64,000 bases of DNA from a virus. Each line of letters opens with the position of its first letter. Within the stretch, counting starts at the first letter, position 1. The notes beneath the pieces were generated by a model. The model worked only from the letters and a program-made list of their open reading frames with translations. It was not told the origin of the DNA and made no database searches. A program made the position numbers and the translations under genes. The stretch is from IMG/VR virus record IMGVR_UViG_3300025913_000021, positions 32,001-96,000 of that record; one strand, given 5' to 3'. This document shows positions 42,137 to 53,407 of the stretch, piece by piece.

Positions 42137-42568
42137 ATGACCGACCAGTGCAGCAGCGGCGCAGTGCGCTCACGCAAGCGCGGCTCACCGCTGCCCCACG
42201 CAGGCAAGCCCTGCGCGAACTGCCCCTTCCGCAAGGACTCCCCGGCCGGTGAGTTCGCCACCGAGCGCTTCGACACGCTGCGGGCCACCTCGCGTGACCC
42301 GCGCACCGGCCAGGACGCTCTGCCGGGCTCGCCGATCTTCGCCTGCCACAAGAGCCTTGACGGCCGCGAGATCGCCTGTGCCGGGTGGCTGGCGGTCGAG
42401 GGCTACGGGAACCTCGACGTACGGCTGGCGCTCGCGTACGGCGAGCTGGAGCCCGAGGCGCTGGCACCGCAGCCGGACTGGCCGGACCTGCATGAGAGCT
42501 ACAACGAGGTGGCCGTGAAGAACGGCTGCGAGGACTGGGGTGACAAGCATGCCCGCCGCAAGTCCTGA
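42137..42568 (+). CDS. Cys-motif protein (DUF6283-like), paralogue 2
   Basis: PCANCPFRKD, FACH, CAGW. Confidence 0.7.
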   Translation: MTDQCSSGAVRSRKRGSPLPHAGKPCANCPFRKDSPAGEFATERFDTLRATSRDPRTGQDALPGSPIFACHKSLDGREIACAGWLAVEGYGNLDVRLALAYGELEPEALAPQPDWPDLHESYNEVAVKNGCEDWGDKHARRKS

Positions 42569-44704
42569 CCGGCTGCGGCTCTCCGACGCGGAGTGGAAGG
42601 CCCTGGTCGGAGCCGTGGCCGAGCGCGAGACCTCCCTGGAGGACCGAGACGACTACTACGTCGGCGGCAGGACCCGTGAACTCCAGGCGCTCAACCGGGC
42701 CTTCGCCAAGATCCGAACGGCCGCGAGACGGTGACGATCCACATCACCTGGGCAGCACTCGGGCATCTGTTCGTCAGCCTGCTGTGCCTGTTCGGTGCAT
42801 TCCTCGGTGTGCTGCTCTGGGTCTGGGAGTTCGACGAGCGGTTCCCGCTGCCCGTCCGCATCTTCGGCCTGGGCATCACGGTGGCTGCGGTGGTCGGAGC
42901 CGTGGCGATATGGCTATGAGGATTCAGATGGTCGTCGATATGCGACCTCGACACGTCGTCACCACCGGCCACCTGCACACCGTGATCTACGACGGTCACA
43001 ACCGGGAGCGCGCGATCGAGATCGCGAACTTCTGGGACGAGCGTCAGGACACGTGGCTGGAGACCATCGCCCCGCCGACGAACCCGCTGGCCCGCGCCAT
43101 GTGGCGCTTCGACCGCTTGCAGGAGTTGATCGCCAATGCCTGACGAGAAGAAGATCGAGACCCCGGTGGACAAGAAGCCACCCCCGCCACCCGGCAAGCT
43201 GCGCGTGTCGATCATCGCGCAGTTGGAACCGATCGGGCGCTACCAGAATCCCGACGGCGACGCGCTGGCCGGGAGCAACCTGGAGCGGTACGCCGCCCAG
43301 CTCACCGAGTACCTCGGCAAGAACCTCAGCAGGTTCAGCGACCCGCGTGGTGGCGACGTGTTCTTGCAGGTGTTCGTCCAGCACGGCGACCAGAGCGAGG
43401 GCAACGAGTTCCGCAGCGGTCACTACGTCAAGGAGGAGAAGGCCGATGAGCCAGCCAAGCCAGCCGAGTGAGGGTCCGGTGACCATGCCGGACGGCAGCA
43501 CCCGGGACGTGGCCTACCGCAACTGCCCGAACTGCGGGAAGCGCGCCGAGGGCGAGCCCTACGACATCGGCTCCGGCCCGGAGCTGTCCTGCTCGTCCTG
43601 CGAGACGTGCTGGGGTGCGGAGGGTCAGAACCTCAACCCGATGGACCCGATGCTCGCGCTCGCCAAGGACCCCGAGGCGCGCAAGGCGATGGGCCTGGAC
43701 GACGACGCGATCCTCGCCTTCACGGCCTGCCGCGAGTGCGGCAAGCAGATCGCCTCGAAGTGGGATCCCGAGACGATGACGACCCAGCCGGTCCTCAACT
43801 GTGCGAGCCACCAGTGAGGCCGCGTCGTCACGAAGCGAGCGACGTGATCTGCCTGGCCGTGCCCGACGGCGTGGACCCGCAGGACGAGAACTTCGTCAAG
43901 ACGCTCGACGCACTGGCCTGGGAGAACGTACGCAAGCAGTTCTCCCAGCACGCACGGCTCACGCTCACCGAGCGGCACACCGAGTGGCTGATCACCAACG
44001 ACCCGGAGAAGGTCGAACAGTTCCAGCCCGCCCACGACTGCGAGGAGTGCCACGCGGGCAACGTCAAGGCCAAGGCGTTCCTGATCGCCAACCCCACCGC
44101 GACGGTGGCGATGGGCAACGTCCACTACGTCGAGGTGTGGCCCGAGTACGACCTGCCCGCCGACCTGGACGACAAGGAGCGGAACTGGGTCACCGAACTG
44201 CTCGACGCCGACGACCGGATCACCGTGCCCCAGGCGATCGAGCTGATCAACTTCGCCAAGCAGAAGGGCGACGAGCTGCGGCGACTCAACGAGGAGAAGG
44301 CGAAGGCGGGATGGAAGCAGATCTAGACGACGTGATCGGCACCGTCCGCTGGTTCGGCAAGAGCTGGGGCGCGCCGGTCTGCGATCCTCGTGCGCACATT
44401 CCGACGCCCATCGGTTCCCGCTGCGAGGGGTGCGGTCATCCGGTCACCGAGGACGACAACGGCGTGACCATGCCGTACTGGGACGGAACCTCTCGACCGG
44501 GCTTCGTCGCGTTCCACCGCGAGTGCAATCTGCGGCACGTGATGGGATGCTCGGCCAGCCTGCGCGGCGAGGGTCACGACCACGAGCGGGACTACCGCGA
44601 GGACGCCCTAGCGGTCGAGCAATGGATCATGCAGAATCCGCTACGCTAACCGAACGTTCACCATCGTCCCTCGCGTGAGGGATCCTGGCCCCAGGAGGCC
44701 GAAC

Positions 44705-45688
44705 ATGACTCAAGTCGCACGTGGTGCATTCGGCACCGCCAAGGCGAAAGCCTTGAACTTCCAGCCGATGCCCACCATGAAGGAGTACCTCGACCAGCTC
44801 GCCGCCGAGGGTCGCAGCCCCAGCCACATTCGTCTGTGCCGGGCGGCGCTGCACCACCTCAACGAGCACCTGCGCAGCCAGGGCGTGCTCGTCCCGCAGG
44901 ACATCCGCCGCGAGCACCTGATCCTGTTCCAGGGCTGGGTGAACAACCAGGCGTGGCAGCCGAGCTACCGGGTCGAGCTGCTCAAGAAGGTCAAGCACTG
45001 GCTCAAGTGGCTGGTGCAGGTCCGCTACATCCCGGACACCCCGTGGATCGCCATTCGGACGGGCGTCACTATCAAGCAGCCGAAGCCGCTCAGCAACGAC
45101 GAGCTGGAGGAGCTGTTCGCTCGCCACCGGCAGGACGCCTTCTCCGTCACGCCGTTCACTTACCACCGCCGCGAGGTCATCCTCGTCATGCTCTACGGCT
45201 GGGGCCTGCGCATCCATGAACTGTGCGCCCTGGACGTGGCCGACCTGGCGGTCGAGAAGCAGTTCGTCCGGGCGATCAACAAGGGCGGCAGCTTCAAGAC
45301 GCTGCCCTACCTCGACGAGATCAAGAACTCGTGGCGGCGCTACGAGGGCTGGCGGGTGCGCTACGCACCGAAGGACCAGGAGGCCGCGTTCATCAATCGG
45401 GGCGGCAGTCGGATGACGACCGGGGACGTGTGGGAGATCGTGCACGACCTCGGCGAGCGCTCCGGCGTGCGCGTCAACCCGCACCGCTTCCGGGACACCT
45501 GCGCGACCACGCTGCTCGACTCGGACGTGGCTGTGGAGCGCGTGGCGGTCATCCTCGGCCACAAGAACATCAAGACCACGCTCGGCTACGGCAAGGTCAA
45601 CGACCACAAGGTCGCCGAGGCGCTGGACGGTGCGATGAGCACCCAGATCAACGGACTGATCTTCGGACGAACGAAGGACATCGCATGA
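44705..45688 (+). CDS. XerC/D-like tyrosine recombinase
   Basis: GLRIHEL (R), NKGG (K), HRFR (HxxR), LGHKNIKTTLGY (H, Y); N-terminal core-binding region. Confidence 0.92.
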   Translation: MTQVARGAFGTAKAKALNFQPMPTMKEYLDQLAAEGRSPSHIRLCRAALHHLNEHLRSQGVLVPQDIRREHLILFQGWVNNQAWQPSYRVELLKKVKHWLKWLVQVRYIPDTPWIAIRTGVTIKQPKPLSNDELEELFARHRQDAFSVTPFTYHRREVILVMLYGWGLRIHELCALDVADLAVEKQFVRAINKGGSFKTLPYLDEIKNSWRRYEGWRVRYAPKDQEAAFINRGGSRMTTGDVWEIVHDLGERSGVRVNPHRFRDTCATTLLDSDVAVERVAVILGHKNIKTTLGYGKVNDHKVAEALDGAMSTQINGLIFGRTKDIA

Positions 45689-47506
45689 GCTACTGCCGCT
45701 TCGGCTGGGGACCGAACAACGAGTTCCCCGGCACACCCGAGGCCGAGGCCGCTGGTGCCTCGGACCTCTACCTGATCGGGACTTCGCGCATCTACGACCC
45801 GGAGACCGGCAAGGAGACCCACGGCATCGAGTGCTGCGGCTGCATCCTCACCCCCGTGGGCTTCCCGTTCTTCACCGAACTGCCCAAGATCCTCGCCCAT
45901 TTGGACGAGCATCGGAAAGCTGGCCACACCGTGCACCCGTGGGTGCAGCCCGACATCGAGGCCGACTTCCAGGACGGGATCTACAGTCCGCCCTGGATCG
46001 CAGGGAAGCTGGGGCGCACGTGAGCCACGTCGTCTACAAGTACCCGTTCGACGAGTTCCTGTTCAGCGTCAGCGACGGTGCGATGGTGGTTCCGGAGGGT
46101 CACGTCGTGCACGTCGGAGTGCAGCACCTCAGCGACAGCCTGCCGACGGTGTGGGTGCAGCACGACAAGGACAACCACGCGCAGATGACACTGGTGGTCA
46201 TCGGCACGGGTCGCGAGTTCGAGCCCCTGGGTATCGAGCACGTCGGCTCCGTCGTCTGCGCCAACGGCCAGCTCGTGTGGCACGTCTACCGGAGGCTCAC
46301 GTGACCGAGACCGACCGGCCCGGTTCGCAGTACCGCCACAAGCTGCCCAAGGACCAGAGGAACCTCAGCACGACGGAGCTGGCGCGCCGTGCTGGGGTCG
46401 GGGTCGGCGTGTCGATCATGCGCTGCGGGCCGTACTGGGACGTGGTGGCCCGGCTCGACGCCAAGGGCAAGTTGGAGTACATCGTCACCGACTGCTCCGT
46501 ACAGGGCCGCAAGCCGCTACTCGTGCATGGTCCGGTCTCACGCGACGCTGCGATCAAGTGGGCGAAGGAGACCGCGCTGCTGTTCATGTCGGTGCGTGGC
46601 GGTCACATCGACGACGACCTGATGGGGCACCGATGATCGTCGAGATCGTCGAGGCCGGGATGATCGTCGCGGCCGGTGCCTTGGGCAACGTCATGGGCTG
46701 GACGCGCGGCCGGGCCGAGCGCAACATCATCAACCTGTTCACGACCGGCCAGGCCGAGAACCTCTGGTGCCTGTGCGGCCACGCGATGTCCATGCACGCG
46801 AAAGGCACTGACTCGTGCAACGATCACGCCCTCAATGATCAAGGGAAGATGATCGTCACCTACAAGACCGGCGTGACCACGCAGTACATGCGCTGCCCGT
46901 GCATGAAGTTCGTCGGCGATCCCAGCAGGAATCCGACGCCCGTTCAAACCCGGAAGGACGTGCTCGACCTTGGCCAGTAGCGACATCACCGGAGACCCGA
47001 AGTTCCAGGAGTTCGCCGAGAGGGCGATCACCAAACTGGTGCCGATGGTGGACGAGTCGGCGTACTGCGTGGCGCTCGTGCCGCGCAAGCCCGAGGACTT
47101 CAACGACATCAAGTTCTGCGTCGAACTCGGCATGATGATCATGATGAACAAGCCCATCGTGTTCGTCATCGCGCCGGGCACCAAGGTCCCCGAGAAGCTG
47201 ATCAAGGTGGCCGACCGGATCATCGAGCTGGACACCAACGACGCGAAGTTCATGGCGACCCTGGAGGAGACGCTCCAGGAGCTGACCGTCGAGCTGGGGC
47301 TGTGATGGCCCGCCCGTCGGTGGACGTGCAGGCCAAGAACCTGGCCGAGTTCATGGCCGGGATCTTCGCGGGCTGGGTCGAGAGCAACTTCGTGCCGCAG
47401 TACCTGGAGGGCGAGACGAAGGTTGAACGAACGGGCATCAGTTCCTTCACCATGACCACCCGCTCCGGCACCGTGCTGCGCTTCGATGTGACGGCGGTCG
47501 AGGCTG

Positions 47507-47728
47507 GTGAGTGACGGCGGCGAGGAGCTGCTGACCGGCGTGATCGCCGGGTCGCTCTCGCAGCTCACAGGCGTCAGCTTCCCTATCAAGATCAAGGCCG
47601 TGAACGTCCTCACCGACGCGAACGGCGACTACCGACGGGTGGTCGAGGTCGAAATGGCCAGCGGGACGTACTACGTCTCAGTCACGCCATACGATCCCGA
47701 GACCCCCGTCATCGAGGAGGAACCGTGA
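47507..47728 (+). CDS. small protein ending PVIEEEP
   Basis: C-terminal tag. Confidence 0.7.
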   Translation: MSDGGEELLTGVIAGSLSQLTGVSFPIKIKAVNVLTDANGDYRRVVEVEMASGTYYVSVTPYDPETPVIEEEP

Positions 47729-47956
47729 GCAACAAGAACGATCTCTACAACGCCCGACACCGGCTGCCCACCGACGGCAGCGTGCGCGGCAACGACGGCC
47801 GCGTCTGGCACCCCAAGGGCGAGGGCAAGTGGTGGTACACCGACGAGCGCTACGTCGCCGCGATCCCGACCAGCGTGCTGAGCCAGATGCACGGCCCGCT
47901 CATCAAGGTCGAGGAGCCGAAGCCCACCCGCGAGCTGCCGGTGAAGGCGATGCCAC

Positions 47957-48601
47957 GTGGTTGATCTCCCGGATGGGATGCCCGTCGGAATCGCCAAGCT
48001 GCCGCTGAACAAGGTCGGCTACCCGGTGCCGTGGTTCGTGTGGACGAACCCGGACACCAACGAGCCCGACTTCCGCGTCGTGAAGCCCGGCGCGATCCGA
48101 GCCGCGCTCACGCAGAACCTGTGCTGGATCTGCGGCGAGTCCATGATCGGCACCCAGGCGTTCGTCATCGGCCCGATGTGCGCGGTCAACCGCACCAGCG
48201 CCGAGCCGCCCTCGCACCTGCTCTGCGCGCGGTGGGCGGCTATCGCCTGCCCGTTCCTCGCCCGGCCGGAAATGGTCCGGCGTGACCACTTCGACTTCGA
48301 GCACGTGGGCATGGCGGGTGAGGCGATCCTGCGCAACCCCGGCGTGGGCCTGGTGTGGCCGACACGGCGCGGTGAGTGGTCGGTGTTCCAGGTACCCAAC
48401 GGCATCCTGTTCCAGATCGGTGAGCCCGTCAGGGCCCCGGAGTGGTACGCCCACGGTCGGGTCGCCACCCGCGAGGAGGCCGAGCACTCCATCGACACCG
48501 GCCTGCCGTCGCTGCACAAGATCGCAGACGAGGAAGGGCCGGACGCCCTGGAGGAGCTGGACCGGCTCGTCGGCGTGGCTCGGACGTTCCTGCCGGTCTG
48601 A
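47957..48601 (+). CDS. phage-type hypothetical protein
   Basis: GYPVPWFV, CWICG, H..CA...ACPFL. Confidence 0.7.
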   Translation: MVDLPDGMPVGIAKLPLNKVGYPVPWFVWTNPDTNEPDFRVVKPGAIRAALTQNLCWICGESMIGTQAFVIGPMCAVNRTSAEPPSHLLCARWAAIACPFLARPEMVRRDHFDFEHVGMAGEAILRNPGVGLVWPTRRGEWSVFQVPNGILFQIGEPVRAPEWYAHGRVATREEAEHSIDTGLPSLHKIADEEGPDALEELDRLVGVARTFLPV

Positions 48602-48882
48602 TGACCGAGCGGAAGCGGCGGCGACTCACCGACTGGGACGCGATCCTGCGCAACCTCCGCCTCGGTGACCTGCGCTACCGCTACTACACGAACACCGATC
48701 GGATCGCGCTCTATACGACCGTCCGTCTGTATGAGGGCGGGGACTACCTGGCTGCCCTGGTCGAGCGAGACGGGACGGTCCTCATGCGAGCCGAACGGCC
48801 ACTGGCCCGCGAGGTGCGCGACCTGTGCCGCATGTGGTCGAAGGGCTTCGCTGTGGCGTACGAGATCAAGGAGGAGCCGTGA
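48601..48882 (+). CDS. hypothetical protein ending YEIKEEP
   Basis: TGATG coupling; C-terminal tag. Confidence 0.7.
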   Translation: MTERKRRRLTDWDAILRNLRLGDLRYRYYTNTDRIALYTTVRLYEGGDYLAALVERDGTVLMRAERPLAREVRDLCRMWSKGFAVAYEIKEEP

Positions 48883-49110
48883 GCCTCAACAGGGCACGCA
48901 ACGGCCTGGTCACCACCTTCCTCTCCCTGGAGGAGGTGGACACGCTCGCGCGGGGACTGGCTCGTCTGGTCGTCCCCGACTCGGACGCCGAGGATGCGCA
49001 CGACGCCTCTCGGCTGATCTACATGAACGGCGCGCAGTTCACCGGCCCGAAGGAAGAACTGATGCGCATCTATTCGATGGCAACCCACCTGGCCGAATTG
49101 AGGAACGACC

Positions 49111-49593
49111 TTGCCCGCGAAGAACCGGATGCAACTGATCCGTGAGGCCCAGACGCTCGACGAGCTGTACGCGATCGTGCCACAGCCGATCGACTGCACC
49201 GGGGAGTGCTGGGACTCCTGCGGCCCGATCGGCTACAGCGTCGAGGAGGGCGAGCGCATGGATGCGATCGGCCGACGACCACCGAACGCGCATGAGCGTC
49301 GGCACCGCCTCATGTGCTCGGCACTGACCAAGGACCACAAGTGCTCCGTCTACGAGGCACGGCCGATGATCTGTCGGCTGTGGGGCGTGAGCGAGACGAT
49401 GCCGTGCCCGCACGGCACACCGGACAAGCCGTGCTGGACGGCGTTCCCACTGACCCCCGAGGAGAGCGCTGCTCTCTTAGGTCGGGCGCAGGAGATCGGC
49501 GGCACTCCCGAGGGAGTGCGTCAGCGCTACATGATCAAGCACGACGACCTGACCGAAATCATCCGACGCAAGCCCAGCTCTTGGGATCTCTAG
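49111..49593 (+). CDS. YkgJ-like cysteine-cluster protein, paralogue 1
   Basis: CTGECWDSCGPI; CSVYEARPMICRLWG. Confidence 0.75.
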   Translation: MPAKNRMQLIREAQTLDELYAIVPQPIDCTGECWDSCGPIGYSVEEGERMDAIGRRPPNAHERRHRLMCSALTKDHKCSVYEARPMICRLWGVSETMPCPHGTPDKPCWTAFPLTPEESAALLGRAQEIGGTPEGVRQRYMIKHDDLTEIIRRKPSSWDL

Positions 49594-49601
49594 GGGGAAC
49601 C

Positions 49602-50516
49602 ATGACCACCACACCGACTGACACCGACGCCACCACCGAAACGAACGAGTGGCAGTTTCCGATCGAGGCCGTGCTGGAGTACCACAAGGCCCGCATCGCA
49701 GGCAACGAGGACCACGTGCCCGCGATGGTCGAGGCGTGGGTCGAGGGCGAGGGCCCGGTCTGGAGCGCGATGGTCGCCGACGTGGGCGAGTCCAGCCCGC
49801 GTGACTGCGCCCTGTTCGCCGCGTCGATCATGTCCAGGATCACCGGGGCCGACTACATCCTGTTCTGCGTGGACACCCACATGAGCCACTCTCAGGTGAA
49901 TCCGACGACGGGCAAGCCGTGGGCACCGGGCGAAATGCAGCGCATGTGCGACGAGGAGGGGTACTGCGACACCGGCAACATCCGCGACAACCTCATGGTC
50001 GCGATCGTGCGGCGCTCCGACGCGAAGATCTACATGACCGGCATCCCGTACCACTTCCACAAGGGCGAGGTCATGTACTTCGACCCGCAGCCGCCGATGG
50101 ACGAGTGGAACGACGAGGGCGGCGTGAAGCAGATGGGCGGCACCATCCCCGACACCCTGCGCCAGGTCATACAGCAGCCGCCGCTCAGCGAGCAGCTCAC
50201 GCAGATGGGTGCGTACGAGGCGATCGGCTTCGACGGTCCGTCGAACATCACCCGCCTGCACCAGATTCTGGCGGGCATCCGTGTCATGGGGAAGGTCGCC
50301 GTGGACACCGGGTGCGAGGGTCCGATGTTCCTGCACATGATCCCGACGAGCACCGACGAGGAGCGTCAGATCATGGACGACTTCTCCAAGCGCGACGACA
50401 TCACCAACCTGGCCGAGTACGGCGCGGAGGAGCCTGAGCCCTCGCTCGCGGAACAGATGGGCGCTGCTCCCACCACGATCGAGGAGGAGCCCGGTGACGA
50501 ACCAGCCCAGCCATGA
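49602..50516 (+). CDS. hypothetical protein with near-terminal TTIEEEP
   Basis: ATG after a G-rich RBS. Confidence 0.7.
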   Translation: MTTTPTDTDATTETNEWQFPIEAVLEYHKARIAGNEDHVPAMVEAWVEGEGPVWSAMVADVGESSPRDCALFAASIMSRITGADYILFCVDTHMSHSQVNPTTGKPWAPGEMQRMCDEEGYCDTGNIRDNLMVAIVRRSDAKIYMTGIPYHFHKGEVMYFDPQPPMDEWNDEGGVKQMGGTIPDTLRQVIQQPPLSEQLTQMGAYEAIGFDGPSNITRLHQILAGIRVMGKVAVDTGCEGPMFLHMIPTSTDEERQIMDDFSKRDDITNLAEYGAEEPEPSLAEQMGAAPTTIEEEPGDEPAQP

Positions 50517-50910
50517 CGAGTTCAAGCTCACCTACGCTCCGATCCTGACCTGGGAGAGCCAGGTCTCGCAGTACCCGGAGCGGGGTGAGCCGAACACGAT
50601 CGAGCTGTTCCTGGGTGACGAGAGCGAGAACTTCCCCGGCAAACCGCCGATCAACTGCCTGCTCTGGCGGGACGGCGACGGCCTGATCCGAGGCATCCTC
50701 AACCACTACCCGGACGACTACCCGCCGTACGAGCAGCGCGGCAACATCAACGTGTTCGTGCAGCCCGGGTGGAAGCGGCGCGGGATCGGCACCGCCTTGT
50801 GGGACAAGGCGATCGAGCTGTTCGGCGAGCCGAACTACCACCAGCAGACCTACAGCCCCGAGGGCATCCAGGCCGTGCTGCGCTACCGGAGGAAGCATGG
50901 ACTCGACTAG
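50494..50910 (+). CDS. GNAT acetyltransferase
   Basis: VFVQPGWKRRGIGTAL acetyl-CoA-binding motif A. Confidence 0.8.
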   Translation: MTNQPSHDEFKLTYAPILTWESQVSQYPERGEPNTIELFLGDESENFPGKPPINCLLWRDGDGLIRGILNHYPDDYPPYEQRGNINVFVQPGWKRRGIGTALWDKAIELFGEPNYHQQTYSPEGIQAVLRYRRKHGLD

Positions 50911-51384
50911 CCTGTCCGGGCTCAACGGCCAGTGCGCGATTTGCCACCGGGTGCTCGACTGGGAGACCGACCTGGACGGCAGCAACGGTCACTGGGTGCA
51001 CACGTTCCAGGACCGACTGGTCGAGGACCACGAGCCGGTGTGGGCACCGGAGGGCACGGACACCGAGTTCCGCTGCGACTTCTGCAACCTCAATGGCCCG
51101 ACGTTCTTTCTGCCGTGCAGCGATTTCCAGTACCCATCCCAGATGGGCGTGAGCGTCGGCGAGTGGCTGGCCTGCGGCGAGTGCGCTCCGCTGATCTCCC
51201 AGGACCAGTGGCTCGCAGTGGGCGAGCGGGCGATCACCGTCAGCCCGACCATCGCCTACCAGATCCGCGAGAACCTGATGAGCCGACACCAGGCACGCGA
51301 ACTGATCAACAAGATCTACCGACTCGTGCGAGAGCACGCCACCGGGCCGTTGCAGCCCTGGACACCAGGGCGGGAGGGATAGCC

Positions 51385-52443
51385 ATGCCCGCTACCGACG
51401 CACTTCACGTCCGCACGCAGGTTGCGGAGCAGCTACAGGGTCAGACCTTCCGCACGATCATCGACGCCTTCGTGGGTGATGACTTCAATCGGATGCGCGG
51501 CCAGAAGCAGAACGTCCACGACACCAGAAGCACGGCCGGGGCGATCAATGCGAACCAGGCCCCGGCGTTCCGCGCGGAGGCGTTCGCCAACGCGATGTCC
51601 ATCGCCGAGACCTTCTACCTCAGCCCGGAAATGCACGCGATCTGCCAGGACGCCAGCCAGGCCGAGGACTTCCCCGAGGACGAGACGATCCTGCGCGAGG
51701 ACCCGCCGAGCGAGGCCGGGTTCCTGTTCCTGCCCGCGCGCTTCCGCATGATGGAACTGCGCGGCCGACTGATGATCGCGCACGCCGTGGTGTGGATCAA
51801 CAACAAGGTCTGGTGGCTCTGCGACCGGCGTGACCCGGACGACGAAATGAACGTTGAGCTGAATGCGGCGTACGGCGGACACGGTCAGGTTGGCCTGCCA
51901 CGCTACGACCTCATGGCGGTGAGCAGCTTCAAGTGGGGTGAGCCCATGCCGAAGATGATCACCTTCGAGAAGGGCGTGCTGCCGACCGATGCCAAGGTCG
52001 AGTTCAAGGACGTGCCGTTCGAGGGTGGCACCCGGCGCATCCTGTTCACCGACGCGCTCGTCCATCCCGGCCTGAGCAAGCCGCAGGCCACGGTGTCGCC
52101 CGAGCTGCGGTTCCTGCTCACCGTCTGGCGCATGATGCAGCAGACGATCACCGACGTGGTGGACGAGTACCCGGACAACAAGGCCGTCCGTCGCTACGCC
52201 GACCGCGCCGGGATCAAGGACCAGCGCATCCGCGTGATTCAGCTCCGTCGCCGCGAGAGCCACCAGACCGGCCAGGGCTCGCCGCTGACCGTGCGCTTCG
52301 TCGTGCGTGGCCACTGGCGACGCATCTGGTGCGGCCCGGCCGAGAACCGCTACCAGCGCGCGATCTGGATCCACCCGCACCTCAAGGGTCCGGAGGGTGC
52401 CCCGCTGATCCACCGCGAGAAGATCAACGCCCTGGTGCGATGA
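51385..52443 (+). CDS. hypothetical protein with C-terminal VRGHWR motif
   Basis: GGAGG RBS; FVVRGHWRRIWCG...WIHPHLKGP. Confidence 0.75.
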   Translation: MPATDALHVRTQVAEQLQGQTFRTIIDAFVGDDFNRMRGQKQNVHDTRSTAGAINANQAPAFRAEAFANAMSIAETFYLSPEMHAICQDASQAEDFPEDETILREDPPSEAGFLFLPARFRMMELRGRLMIAHAVVWINNKVWWLCDRRDPDDEMNVELNAAYGGHGQVGLPRYDLMAVSSFKWGEPMPKMITFEKGVLPTDAKVEFKDVPFEGGTRRILFTDALVHPGLSKPQATVSPELRFLLTVWRMMQQTITDVVDEYPDNKAVRRYADRAGIKDQRIRVIQLRRRESHQTGQGSPLTVRFVVRGHWRRIWCGPAENRYQRAIWIHPHLKGPEGAPLIHREKINALVR

Positions 52444-52655
52444 ACGGACACGTGGTCGTTTTGATCGTGGCCGTCGTGGGACTCGTGACGGTCTGTGTGT
52501 TCATGTTCCTCATGGTGCGCGCGAGCAGGAACCTACGGATCTCGGCCGAGAACCTCCAGCATGCGGCCGAGGACTATCGCGACTCGATGGACGACCTGAA
52601 CACCTTCCTGTTCCGGTCGGTCAACGGCGAGCACACCGTGGAGGAGGAGCCCTAG
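52440..52655 (+). CDS. single-TM protein ending HTVEEEP
   Basis: N-terminal TM helix; C-terminal tag. Confidence 0.7.
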   Translation: MNGHVVVLIVAVVGLVTVCVFMFLMVRASRNLRISAENLQHAAEDYRDSMDDLNTFLFRSVNGEHTVEEEP

Positions 52656-52871
52656 GTGGACTACTCGGTGGCGCTGTTCGAGGCTGCTCACGACCCGCAC
52701 GTATGCCTAAGGCGATTCGCCAACGGTGACATCGTGACGCAGCACTGGCCGAAGAAACGAACCGACGAGCGGCCGACCTGCCGGTACTGCCTGATGCTGA
52801 TCAAGAAGGTCGAAACGCATGCGGCGTCTCGGTGGGCCGCTGTCGAGTACATCGTGGAGGAGGAGCCCTGA
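52656..52871 (+). CDS. small Cys protein ending YIVEEEP
   Basis: C-terminal tag. Confidence 0.7.
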   Translation: MDYSVALFEAAHDPHVCLRRFANGDIVTQHWPKKRTDERPTCRYCLMLIKKVETHAASRWAAVEYIVEEEP

Positions 52872-53407
52872 TGGGCATGCTCGCGCGCCTGGAGGCGCTG
52901 TACGCCGAACTGCCCGAGGTGGCCTGCCAGGGCAAGTGCCAGACCTGCTGCGGACCCATCGACATGAGCCCGGGAGAACGACTGCGCATCCGTTCCCAAG
53001 GCGTCGAGATCCAGCCGATGACCAGCGCGCGAGTGCGAGCCTGGGAACGCCAGCAGAAGTACGACGACGACGGCGAGCCGCTGTGGTGCAACGCGCTGAA
53101 CCTGGACACCGGGCTGTGCGAGGTCTACGAGATCCGTCCGATGATCTGCCGCCTCTGGGGTACGGGCAGCGGGGAAATGGCCTGTCCGCACGGCTGTAAG
53201 CCCACCAGACGGCTCTCGGACATCGAGACGATGCAGTTCCTGCTCCGGGCTATGGCGGCGGGTGGTGGCTTCACTGAGGCCGAGTACGCCCGCATGCAGG
53301 CACTGTTCGACGACCCGGAAATGGCCCGGCGCACGACCGAGTACATGGAAGCTGACCCCGAGACCCGACAGCGGATGCGCGACGAAATGGATGGGCGGCT
53401 GAACTGA
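52871..53407 (+). CDS. YkgJ-like cysteine-cluster protein, paralogue 2
   Basis: CQGKCQTCCGPI; CEVYEIRPMICRLWG. Confidence 0.8.
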   Translation: MGMLARLEALYAELPEVACQGKCQTCCGPIDMSPGERLRIRSQGVEIQPMTSARVRAWERQQKYDDDGEPLWCNALNLDTGLCEVYEIRPMICRLWGTGSGEMACPHGCKPTRRLSDIETMQFLLRAMAAGGGFTEAEYARMQALFDDPEMARRTTEYMEADPETRQRMRDEMDGRLN

